A stretch of 62,464 nt of DNA, the filler included, from Nemertoderma westbladi (lineage: Eukaryota; Animalia; Xenacoelomorpha): assembly GCA_032718475.1 (NCBI GenBank). It is 3 parts of 3 records of this genome, joined end to end, with 100 filler letters (N's around TTAATTAATTAA, not from the genome) between each part and the next. Parts side by side here need not be neighbours in the genome. Positions count along the whole stretch, not along the records: positions 19,589 to 42,748 come from JAUCBJ010000596.1; positions 42,849 to 62,464 come from JAUCBJ010004030.1; 1 more part is not named here. One strand, 5' to 3'. A program made the position numbers and the translations under genes. Positions 38,464 through 50,299 of this stretch are shown piece after piece (position 1 is the first letter of the stretch; the number at the start of each line of letters is the position of its first letter). The notes beneath the pieces were generated by a model. It worked only from the letters and a program-made list of their open reading frames with translations, made no database searches and was not told where the DNA came from.

Positions 38464-39740
38464 GGGTTTAAGGGTACAGGGTTTTGGCCCAAAATATGTC
38501 GAAATTTATTTTTTTAATGATCGATTATAATGCACGATTAAATGGTGTTTCCAAATCTGAAAACCGTTATTTAATAGCTCTTTTAGTTTTCAAGTTATCA
38601 CAATTTCCATTTAGGGAGACCTATTGTAATTACTACTGTATTACTATGTATAATGAAAGGTCGATTATCTCCAAATATTTTTTTATGAATTATCAACTTC
38701 AAAACCCTACTACTTCTATAATTTTTGAGCAATTAGTCTGAAACTTTCTGTGGGTGTCTACATAGCCACCCTGCATAAAAGTATCGGACAAATTTTTGAA
38801 ATTTTTTATTAATAAAATTTTATACTGTTTATAACAAACCGAAAAAATTAGCATAAATTTGCAGCGCCACCTATTGGGGTGCAGAATTATTTCCCCAAAA
38901 TTACACCTGATAGTTATGTTGCCCCATCTTTGATCTATCATATAAAAAAACATTCATGTGATTAGATTCAAAACTGTAAAAGCCTTAGGGTTTTAAGCGC
39001 AACCTAGTTTTTTTATTGTTGACTAGTATTAACTTATAATAAATAGCGAAAAATAAAAATTTTCTAACCTGTCATGTACAGTAGAATAGCATCTTATGTA
39101 CCTATATTTTGAAATGCTGAGAGTGATAAATCGAAGAGTTGTCCGAAAATGGTGTACCCCCCCCCCCCCCCCCCCCCCACTCACTTAAGACCCTCTAAAG
39201 GCCCAGCACAACCGTTTGGTGAACTCTACCCAAATTTTTTCAATGTCCCATATCTGTACTAAACCTCTATGTGGGGTACTGTAGCTCACTCATATATAAA
39301 ATTCCTACGGGGTCATAGACTGGAGCCTGTGCTATATTGTGTGTTAATTAAACATTAAAAAAATCGCCCAGCAGGCTGTGTGTATAGAATACAGCACCTG
39401 CACTTTTTGAACGTCCATATCTCAGCTATTTCTCAACGACATTAATAGTTATTTACAAATTTGGAATCCTTTCAACATCACCTTTCCATTCCAACAATTC
39501 ACAATAAGGACGAAGAATAATGGCGGTGTGACTGTTGCAATGTTTAATTACTTATTGAACAATAATTTATATTAATAATTATAATACATTAAATAAGGAC
39601 GTTTTTAACATTAAAATTACATATTTGTGATACACGTTATAAAACTGAATAAAGCATATTTTATTTACTGTACATAAATAGTTATTGTTATATTTAGACA
39701 ACTTATCGACGTTCTAAATTTTTAACAGTAAATTCCGACA

Positions 39741-39942
39741 GTCTGGAACGGTTTGCCTTCTGAAGTAAGAGAGTCTGGAAGTCTTAAGATATTCAAGAAA
39801 CAAGAGGCATTTCTTCAATAATTGTTATAGTTATTATATTTATTATATTATATAGTTATTGTTATTTATATATAGTTAGGCTTAACTCATAGATATTTTT
39901 AGTGCGCTTAGAGCATCATGTATAAGCGCGATACAAATGCAC

Positions 39943-39998
<56 letters not shown>
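39741..39998 (+). mobile_element. 3' end of an L2-like LINE with (ATT)n tail
   Basis: VWNGLPSEVRESGSLKIFKKQ; tail GCGCTTAGAGCA..ATAAGCGCGATACAAAT then ~17 ATT units. Confidence 0.8.
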
Positions 39999-39999
<1 letters not shown>

Positions 40000-40726
40000 T
40001 GTATCAGCTTTAAAGTTTAGAAATATTAATGAAATTCATACAGTATGTATCCAGTCGCAGTCTTGTCTCTTGCTACTAACCATAGCTAACTGGGGGACCG
40101 CGTCTGCAAACCAAGAGGCTTTCCCCACAATTCACAGTGATACAGTACTGTACGCATATTACCATTCCGGGTGTCGTTTCAGCCTATTTTAATATAATAA
40201 CTTAATTTTATTATTTATTAGCGAATATTTAATTTCGATATTCACCATTTAAGGTACCGGTACCTTTTAAAGGAAAGTAGCAGGATATAGGCTGGCTTTT
40301 CTAACTAAAACAATAAACTAAATTTTGGAACACAGTTTAGAGTAAAATTTTTACTTCTACCGGTAGGCACTAATTTTTCCATATTAATTTAACATTAACC
40401 CTATGGGAAGGCTGAAACGACATCCCAATTGTGAATTTGCAGACAGTACATCAGACTTTCAGTGTGGTCAGACCAGAGTAGCTTCAGAGCTTTTTCAGTT
40501 TGTAGCAGAATCAGCATTCAGTCATCAATACAGCATTATTCCAGTATTCCATGTACTGATGTATTCCCTATTCAGGTATTCAGTCATTCAGTACCGTACT
40601 GCATTACACTAGGCTTAGTACAGTACAGCAGTAGTACTGTTGCAGAGTTGTACTGTAGTACTTACTATAGTACAGTACTCCAGTACTCGTACTGGTAGTC
40701 TGGTAGCAGGGTAGAGTTCAGGAGTT

Positions 40727-41012
40727 AGCGTAACCCTATGCCCGGTTATCGTTCATATGCGACATGCGTACCTCTGGCCAAAGAAGCAGGTTACAGTGGT
40801 GGTGTTTTCTAACCAAAACAATAAACTAATCTCCATTACTTAATTAACGGAAAGGAGCAGGTTACAGTGGTGGGCTTTTCTAACCAAAACAATAAACAAT
40901 ATCTCAATAACATAGGGTATTTCATACTTAGTCTTATTTTTGCAATACGAAAATACTGAAATACCAGAGGTACGCATACTGGCATATGAACTATAACTCT
41001 ATGCCCTAACGC
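40727..41012. mobile_element. Small inverted-repeat element (MITE-like) with internal direct duplication
   Basis: GTTATCGTTCATATGCGACATGCGTACCTCTGG vs CCAGAGGTACGCATACTGGCATATGAACTATAAC; GCAGGTTACAGTGGTGG..TAACCAAAACAATAAAC occurs twice. Confidence 0.55.
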
Positions 41013-42748
41013 CAGGTTGGAATTTATGTAGAGTTTGCTCAACATGTGTGGCGCGCATGGATCCTAGCGCGGAGCAACAGGCTGACAGGGTCGTGTCGTG
41101 TCAGCGTGTGGCGCGCATTGACTGATTGAGGACAGGAGGATCCTGGCGCGCATATCAGCATATGGTATGATGGACAGATGGATGTCATGTAACAGTCTGA
41201 CAGTACCAATGCACTCTCTGGCAGGCAACATATCCACTCTACTTGAAATTGTATCAGTATGTTTAAAAAGAGTTTATAATTATGGCCTATCCTACTGTCC
41301 TACTCGCTACTCATATCCATTATTTCTGTATTTCAATAGGCTGATAGGCCTATCCCTATTACAGTACAGTATTAGGTTACCGGTACTGTATCTGTTTATT
41401 AACCTACATGACAGCATGAGTCAGTGAGTTGTTTCAATTGTTCAAACCAATATAAAACCACATTCTCATGCTCGCTACGCTCTCAATTTAATTTTAATCC
41501 ATAGGCCTAATCACATTCTGTATTTAAAAATAGTTGGTTGTCTTACTATAAATGTTAAAATTTTCTTGCTCGCTACGCTCGCAATTTGATCACATCTGTA
41601 TTTAAAAACAGTCCGTTGACCTACTACATGTACTACAGTACTACCGGTATCTGACTAATACTGCAGGGTACTGTCAAACCACAAACTATTAATCTTAATA
41701 TTTCTGCAAAATATATTTGCTCGCTACGCTCGCCTTTTAATATTTTAATACTATAGGTCCAGAGGTCTGCTGCAGTATAAACTGATAAATTATTACGCCT
41801 AACGCAGTAACTTCAGGGTCATTCCATGCTAATTCGACCAATCGGTGTGGCAAGGGTCGGAAATTTTTGACGAAATTTTAAACACTTATCAATTCTAGTG
41901 AAAAAACGATGTGGTGAAAATTTCAACCGATTTGGTTTAGCCGTTCTCGAAATATTGATGTTTTAAATTTGGCGAAATTACAAAAACCAGTGAAGTACAT
42001 TATTTGAAGTGGTGTCTACAGTTGATCTGATTATCAGTTTAATGTTTATTGTATGTGATTCTAAATAAACGATGCCTGAACTTCAATATTTTTATTACTA
42101 AATGAATAAACTATTAATCAGAAAGTTGTCAGACGATTTCAAAGTTGCCTCAAAAATGCGAATTTTTGAAAAATGTCCCAATTTGAGACCTCAGTATATT
42201 AGTCTGACAACTAGTATATCTGTTATTTTAGTTTTCCTGGTTAGAGTGACTCATAATGATTTGAATCATATAACTTTAGTAGGTAAACTGATAATCAGAT
42301 AGTCTGTATGACTGAATATCTGGGTGAAGAATCTGAAAAATGTCAAAAAATGCAATATTGGAGGCTCTGGTGGAGGAGACCTCTGATTATTGCTATGTTC
42401 ATGAGCTTTTTTACCTGATATCTTTGACACAAAATGAGCGCCATGTCAAAATTTGAAGAGTAAACTAGATGTTCTAGAGCGTGTATGACTCATTTTAAAA
42501 TTCTAATAAATTACAATTTAAATGGTCCTCAAGGTGGTCTGACAATTAGTTTTTTGATAAAAATACATTTTTTCCAACGATATCCGGGCAGAAGACTATA
42601 TTTCAAAATTTAAAGCAAAAACTAACAGTCAGACCCATTATCTGACCTACTATTGAATTATTTTGAGTAAGTATCTGATCGCGTGCTGCTGGAATTCTCG
42701 CTCGCTCGATATAAATCGATTTTATCCAACTATTATTATAATATAACA

Positions 42749-42848
42749 NNNNNNNNNNNNNNNNNNNNNNNNNNNNNNNNNNNNNNNNNNNNTTAATTAA
42801 TTAANNNNNNNNNNNNNNNNNNNNNNNNNNNNNNNNNNNNNNNNNNNN
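42749..42848. other. Artificial scaffold join (44 N + TTAATTAATTAA + 44 N)
   Basis: Same layout as 19489-19588. Confidence 0.95.
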
Positions 42849-44249
42849 TGTTTGTAACGACCATCGGAGGCATACATTAGGTTTCTATTTATTATTATTT
42901 TCTATTTACGGGGACAAACAATTACCATTTTTCATTAGTTGTTAATAACAGTGACGTTATGACTATTAATTGTTTCCTGTATTCCTTATTATTTAGGTAT
43001 AACATGCTTACACAGTATTTTTACAATTATAATTTAATCACAAGCAGCTAACAACATTAAATCATTTTTATTGGTATATTTTTGGCCTATTCATTTATTG
43101 TCTGCAAATATGCTGCATGCATATCCCTCATCTATATCCTTGAGGTATCGCATGATTTATTATATACCGGGAGAAACTTTGATCACTTTGGGAATAATAA
43201 AATAATTCGGCCATCCAGTTCTGAGAACGGAGAGTGTAGGGAGGGCCTGGACGCATCCCTGTTTGGCCACTAACTACCTCCTCCTGGGGGGGTTAACTAC
43301 AACCGCAGGTGGTCGGCAATCCGCTCTGTGTGTTTACCTCTTCCCAACCTCCCCTAGTTAATCCGGTGCTCTTAGCGGTGGGATTTCCGCCCCTTATCTT
43401 CTCTTCCCAGGTCGGCCATTAATTTTATCTATAAAACGAGTCAGTTGGTATCCGCCTGGGTTGCCATATTCGCTCGATACACTAGTAAATCCAAGTTGAT
43501 TCTCTTCCCCCGTTGGAGAGGCCTACACACCATAGCGGTACTGTAGGCTACTCTGTACAAATGGAGCCATATATTACCGTGTATCCCCTTTGTCAGGTTG
43601 TATGAGTTGATGATGCCTTTGAAGTTTGAATGTTGGCGATAACTTTCGGAAGATAAGCCATACACAGCGATTAATTGATTATTCTAATTTATTTCAATGG
43701 GGCTAAGTTTGGCATTAGGTTGGTTGTACTTTATAACTTTGCCAGAAGTTTTACAGTTTTTATTATATATTTTTAGGTAAAAGATTCGAAGATAAAGAAC
43801 CGCACCGATACCGCACCGATACCGCACCGATGCCGCACCGGTATATAACATGTAACTAAACTATAAATTCTAAATATTGATTAGCTTATCTATCAATGAA
43901 TTTGATGAGTTCGTTTATGACATTTTTCACTCATCTAACCTTTTTAATTAATTGTTTAGTAGGATGTGTATGGAATCCATGATAACTACATACTTCGGAA
44001 ACAACCTTCCAGTTTAGACCGAAATATGTGTTTACTACTCTAAGAAGGATGTAAACGCTACGCCGACAACAACTGCCGACAACAGCAAATATACAAATGT
44101 AACCTGAGTTCGTGACTCTCGTTTATTGTTTTGGTTAGAATAATTAATTCTTGTCTACAATTAGCTTTAAATGATATATTGCAGCCGCAAATCTGAGTGT
44201 TTCTTGCGATAATATTTTAGTTTTAAATAAATTGGAGTTCAGCTGTTAA

Positions 44250-44900
44250 TTTTGGTCCCAAAAGACCACAATTTTGACAGTTAACTTTGAAAGTCCTCAG
44301 CAAGTCTCTGACCGGATGAGCATAAGCTAAAAGGTATGCTTGAGCATGTGGACGACTTCTGTTACCTGGGATCATGGATCCGGAAGTCAGGTGAGGACCT
44401 TCGAATACGTAAGGGAAAGGCATGGGCGGCCTTGGATAGGCTTTCCAGGATTTGAAAGTCACATTAGAATTCATCGGAAACTTAAGGTCCGATTATTTAA
44501 AGCAGCAGTAGTTCCAGTACTCCTCTATGGGAGTCCATGCTGGGCTCTAACTGCTGAGTACACCAAATCTCTGGATGGCACATTCACAAGAATGCTACGC
44601 CTGGTTCATTGTGTCAAGTACAATGCACACATCTCCAACCAGACACTATATAACATTGGAGGTGTATCATTGGTTCCCCAAGCTTGACACTAGAACAAAT
44701 CAGCCGTGAGGACCAGCCAGTGCGTAATCTTGTGGCTTTGGCATCCTCATGGAGTGAATAAGCATGGTGGACAGCCCATGGCTTTCTTGATACGCATCTT
44801 AATGGACACTGGCCTTGAAGATGCGGATGATTTAGCAAATGTCATCGGTGCGGTGATAGGGAGTTGTGGCGTTGCAATTTTGTCGACAAGAACGTACGTT
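44250..44900 (+). mobile_element. Decayed 3' fragment of the RTE family seen at 4015-6040
   Basis: Near-identical to the reverse complement of 4140-4690 (KLKVRLFKAAVVPVLLYGSPCW). Confidence 0.88.
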
Positions 44901-45217
44901 TCGGCCTATCAGGCCAAAACGTACTAACCAGTTCAGTCAATTGCTCCAGACATTTGCTCTCCCACGTAATCCACTTCTATTGAACAGTCTTCTATTAGGC
45001 AGTCAAGTTGCATATCCTATCTCTAACAGCGGACCTACCGGCCTCATGTGTGTTAGAGTGAAACAGGAGGGAAGTACAAATAAATAAATATTCAGCTCGA
45101 GTAGGCTACTGTATGCCAAGTGATATTAATTAAATAAAGCGGAGTTGAACTGTTAATGGAACTGTGATTAATGATGTAATATAATGGTTTTGTTCATAGA
45201 TGGACCTAAATGAGAAA

Positions 45218-45285
45218 GCACGTCACCGGGGGTTGAACCAGCGCTATACGTAGGTTTCTTCAGTTGCGCTAACCAGTTCAACCAC
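45218..45285 (-). pseudogene. tRNA-like remnant
   Basis: Minus strand GTGGTTGAACTGGTTAGCGC...GGTTCAACCCCCGG (A and B boxes). Confidence 0.45.
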
Positions 45286-46309
45286 TTAATGTCTGTCTGC
45301 TAGGGCTGCTACCCTTGTGTTTGTCTGCTGCGTTTGTGTCTGTCTGCTGCGTTTGTGTCTGTTTGCTACCCTTGTGTCTGCCTGCTACCCTTCTGGCTGT
45401 CTGCTACTTTAATGTCTGACTGCTACCCTTCTGGCTGTCTGTTATGCTTTGTATTTGTCTGCTGTTCTTGTGGCTGTCTGCTGTGCGTGTGGCTTTCTGC
45501 TGCCTGTCCTACAGTATCTCCTAATGTCAATCAAAATACTAATGTTAAAATCATTTGTGATGAGTAGCTACCCAACATTGCTTTGCTCATTAGTGCAATA
45601 GAATGCAATAGATCAATGCGGTGGACAGTGTATATATTAACCAGACAATGTAACGGTACCTTCATATATTTTGTGTTCTTGCGGTGCGTCTTTATATGTT
45701 GTTACATATACAATGTCAATAAATATCTAATCTAATCTAATCTACTGTAGAGCCCAATATAATATGTACAGTAGGACCTCGCTAGTTGTGACGTTTGCTG
45801 AATTGATTATCCCGGATTTACAGCGAATTAACTTCAAGATTGCCATATCATTATAAAAGCACAATTTGTTTGTTTACGGGGGTGGGGGGGGTTCTTAATT
45901 GGTATTTGGTTTCCAATATGGTTGAAAATGCATAGAAAACGATATATCATCGAATGGAGAATCATCAAAAGTAAATAAATACGCTATTTGAAAAAATAAA
46001 TATTGAAACTGAAAAAGAATACTCCTCCGTTATTTTCAATTTTTATTTTCTGATATATTTTGGAACCTGCATGTTCATTTTCATCATATTTTTCTGCCAC
46101 TTTTTGTATTTTTTATTTCTGAATATGTTATTCATTGGCAATTTTGTAAATAAAATTAAAGAAATAAAATGAAAAAAAAACGATGTTTGTTACTAATTTT
46201 TCATTAATTGGCTGATAAATGTAATAGCAAAAAACAAATATTAGGCACGAGACGAGATCACAAAATACGAATACAAACACAAAACAATTAAAAACTATTA
46301 TAAAAACTA

Positions 46310-49063
46310 TACTTTGTTAATCAAGTATTTAGTAGTATTTGATGTATATTGAAATGTTTTATTACTTGAAGGGGCGGTTGCTGGTTGCCTAGTAATAGGC
46401 CATTGAGGGCAGCCCTGCGCCGTCCTCCAGGCCCAGTCCGCTACGCCAATTCACCCGGGATCCATGGAGGCAGTGGGAAGCCCCGCGGATAATGGCGAGT
46501 TGGACTCGGGTCCGGATCCAGCCCATTACCACACTGTAGGGTTTCCCCCACGCGCGATGCAGCCTCTCCGCAAAGGTCCGGAGCAGTTTGTTGGCCTGTG
46601 GAGCCACGATCCCATCGCACGAGGCGACAAACGGGGAGAAGTTGCCACGACGATCAGAAACGGCGTCGGCATAGATCCGCTTCTTAGCATCCTCAGCGGA
46701 CTCGAGAACACTCATTGGGGCGCGGCTTGAGTAAGACCCGGCGTCAAGGTTCATTACCTTTATATCAATCAACGCCTGGGTCTGACTCTCAAACGCGCCC
46801 CGAATCCCGATGTCGCACCGTAGCCCCGCCTTGTCCTCAATCCCCGCCTGTTCCCGGACGATGGGTTCCAACACCACGTTGCGTGAGCCGAACGCCTGGG
46901 CCGCGATGTTCCCCATGAGGTCCCGCAGCTCATTATGCCTCTGTATTACGAGGCCGCCTTTCTTACAATTTAACCCATGGTTAATGTCGAAGGCGGCCCC
47001 GCATCCGTCACAGCGGCTTGGAACCGATGCTAAGGGACGGCCATACCGGATGGCCAGCGCGTCCCTGAACTCCTGCGGCGAAAGATCCAGCTGGTGTTCC
47101 GATATCGGGAGGGAGGAGATCCACCCACCCGAGCGGTAGTCCGCAGCGCGTTGGATAGTCCTTCGCCGGTCTTTAGGCATCTCCTCCACCGCTTCCTTAT
47201 ACTGGTCTTCCTCGCGGGCCAGCTGTTCTACCCGCCCAGCCTTCCTCGCATATTGGAGGCATTCTAGATGTCCCGCCAGAGAGAATTCGTCGTCGCCCAG
47301 GATTGCCCGTGATAGGGCTCGCGTTCCACTTTGTGATACCATGTAGGAAATGGCGGCCTTTGCGACGGGGTTGCGTAGGCCCATGCCGCCAGTGCGAGGG
47401 GACAGGGCAAACAAGCTACGTTCCTTCACTGACACATCTCCATTGAGAACGGCTGGGAGGAACTTCTCCGCGATGGCGCGCTCCAGGTCCTCAAACTCAA
47501 GGCTACAGTTAGGTGTGACGCGCTGGAGATATGCCCATTCTCTTTGCAGAGAACAGGCCATCGCTGCGAATGCAGCCTGCGGCTGGGTCTCAGCCATCTC
47601 AGACAGTTTATCGACAGAAGTGACCCACGCTGCTACCTTCGCCCCTACAAACGTCTTCTGGTCGTCCGTCCCACCAATAAACCCCCCGAGGAAGCGGTGT
47701 CCCGTTACGATGTTGATGGGGTGACCCGCGAAAACCCTGTTGGCCTCATCCAGAAAGGCTTCGTCAACTACAAGGAAGCATTTCGTAGGCTCTGGGTAGT
47801 AGCCGAGTGTGGGGCCGTGATGCTGCAGCAGGAGGAACCAGTCAAGAACATATTCTAGCTTTCCTGCTGCCGCGGAGTCATCGGCATACCAGTTCTGGCG
47901 AGTCTTGGTGCTTCTTAGACGACGAATAAGAGGGAGTGCACCCGACGCGTAGAACGGCATTGCTAATGGGTCACCCTGCGTGGCCCCTTCCTCACTGAAC
48001 AGCACCTCCTCTGTTCCGCGGACTATGAGGATGCTGTGACCCCGGTAACTGTTGAACAAGAACAGTGAACACCGGGGCCACAGTTGGCGGACGTTCCACA
48101 GAGCTGCAGTTCTGTTTAGTGCATTGAATGCATTTGATGCATCCACCAGGAGAACACCCCACCCATCATCGCGCCAATCCTCAAATATTGCCGCCATCGA
48201 GTGGATAGCCGCCTCAGCACCCGCAGAGGTGCCAGCCGACAACTGCTCCGCTCCGCACGTGTTGGTGATGTCGTCCCCGGTCGCCTCTGCCATGGCACGG
48301 CCCATGATCCGTCGCAGGCACTCACCAATTCCTATTGGCCGAACACCAGGACATTTATCCAGGGCGATGAGCCGTCCTGACTGTAATGCGCGAATCGACT
48401 CCCACGGAACTACTGAGTTTGCAATGGAGCGGGTAATACTGGCTATTGCATCGCGGAGGCGCTCGCTGTGGGCCCCATAGCTGAGGAGGTAATCGCGCCA
48501 CCTGGTAGAGTCCGATCCGGTCGGACCAGCGCCTCCATGTAGTTTACGGGCAGCGGATTCGATGTGTGACGCTGTGATATCCACATCAACCCTGAGTGGA
48601 AAGTCTTCCTCGGGTTGTAGTAATGCCTCCGGTGGGGGTGGTGCTGCTGAGGGATGCTTAGCTCGGAGAACGTCCAACACCCGGTGGTTACTTCCTCCTG
48701 ATTGGATCTCGTCATTGGGGTCGAGGACCCCACCGGATTCTCGCCCCGTCACCCATCTGACTGCGCTTCTAACCTTTCCCTCCAGCATGAGCCGAGTGAA
48801 AATACGGATCGTGTGTTCCTTTTCCTCCCCTGGTGGTCGGCACCTCCTGGTACCCCGCTTTCCAGTTGAAAACTTTAAGGAGCAGCGTTCGGCTTCCACA
48901 AGCAGTGTCTCCAGGTGTCCAGAGCGCCATAACTCGACGCGTCTGGTGAGGAGTCGGCGAATATCGGCTGCTTTAATAACCTTGGGGTCCCTGTGGAGTA
49001 GCAATGAGTCAGCGAGGAGGATGCGCTCCGAACGAGCATTAGCAATGTTGTGCGTTAGTCCAG
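46310..49063 (-). mobile_element. CRE-clade non-LTR retrotransposon (RT + zinc knuckle + restriction-like endonuclease), 5'-truncated; ORF 46389-49082 uninterrupted
   Basis: LIALDKCPGVRPIGIGE, VDASNAFNALNR, EGATQGDPL, WYADD, GGMG, CDGCG..HGLNC..RHNELRD, RCDI..DIKV..EDAKKRIY..FSPFVASCDG. Confidence 0.92.
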
Positions 49064-49205
49064 AGACTGAAATATTTTTCATTAAAAAATGGGGAAATCT
49101 TATGATATTAAGAAAAGTGTCACCTGGGAGGAACTGCCCACTCTTCTTTCTTAAATTATGAATTATAAAGATTAAGCTACATTCCCAAGCAGGGCCGAAT
49201 TTAGA

Positions 49206-49716
49206 GTGGTGGGTGACCTGGGGCCGGGTGAGTTGTGGGGGGCCTGGGGCCGGGTGAGTTGTGGGGGGCCTGGGTCCGGGTCAGTGGTGGGTGGCCTGGG
49301 GCCGGGTCAGTGGTGGGGGGCCTGGGTCCGGGTCAGTGGTGGGTGGCCTGGGGCCGGGTCAGTGGTGGGTGGCCTGGGGCCGGGTCAGTTGTGGGTGGCC
49401 TGGGGCCGGGTCAGTGGTGGGTGGCCTGGGGCCGGGTCAGTGGTGGGTGGCCTGGGGCCGGGTCAGTTGTGGGTGGCCTGGGGCCGGGTCAGTGGTGGGT
49501 GGCCTGGGGCCGGGTCAGTGGTGGGTGGCCTGGGGCCGGGTCCGTGGTGGGTGGCCTGGGGCCGGGTCAGTGGTGGGTGGCCTGGGGCCGGGTCAGTGGT
49601 GGTGGGCCTGGTTCCGGGTCAATGGTGGGTGGCCTGGGTCCGGGTCAGTGGTGGTGGGCCTGGGTCCGGGTCAGTGGTGGGTGGCCTGGGGCGGGGTCAG
49701 TGGTGGTGGGCCTGGG
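49206..49716. repeat. 26-bp G-rich minisatellite (~19-20 copies)
   Basis: Unit GGGTCAGTGGTGGGTGGCCTGGGGCC; produces open frames in all three plus-strand phases. Confidence 0.95.
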
Positions 49717-50299
49717 CTCTACTGTATGGTGTTTGCACATAGGGCGCCGAGCGCTTCTCATAGACTACAGTATACTTTACTGAAAGACACATTTTCTCTA
49801 GTTTTCACTAGAGACGGTCCTAGCGGCCCGTGAAGCAAGTCGTAGGAGACAATACAAGTCAAGTAAAAGCTTTTTGTTCTGTCTGATAATCAATTAGTGT
49901 GAGGGTAGTCCTGGTGGTGTACGAAAAATTTTCTAGACAACTTCAAACTATAATTATTATGTTGTAATTATCTAATAAATTATAAAAGCTGTTGTGATTA
50001 TAGTAGAGAGCAGTTAGCGAAATGACTATTTTATTCTATCGGATAGAGTAGTCGGAGTCTCAGAGAGGAGTCGAGGTGTCAATTGATTAATAATAATAAT
50101 AACAGCAGTTGTCATGAATTCAATACAATCGCGCACAAGAAGTGATAAGACAAATTCGTTCTTATTTTTGTAATAAATAAAACAAGTTGAGATGTTTCAA
50201 TGTAAACCGCGATTAACAATTTACACTGTTCAATGTAAACCACGATATTATTATTATAACAGATTTTTATATTTCTAACTATAATGTTAGCCTTATGGA

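Noticed and set aside
43265-43361. HDV-like ribozyme (GGCCACT..ACCTCCTCCTGG..GGTGGTC-GG-CAA)
   Set aside because: P1 and an L3-like word are present, but the L3 G is missing, P3 and P1 are not contiguous and no catalytic C-N-A-A junction precedes P2; an Infernal/RNArobo search would settle it
46464-49161. Numerous plus-strand ORFs overlapping the CRE ORF
   Set aside because: Antisense open frames expected from GC-rich coding DNA
49206-49833. Three Gly/Trp/Val-rich ORFs
   Set aside because: Stop-free 26-bp repeat read in each frame
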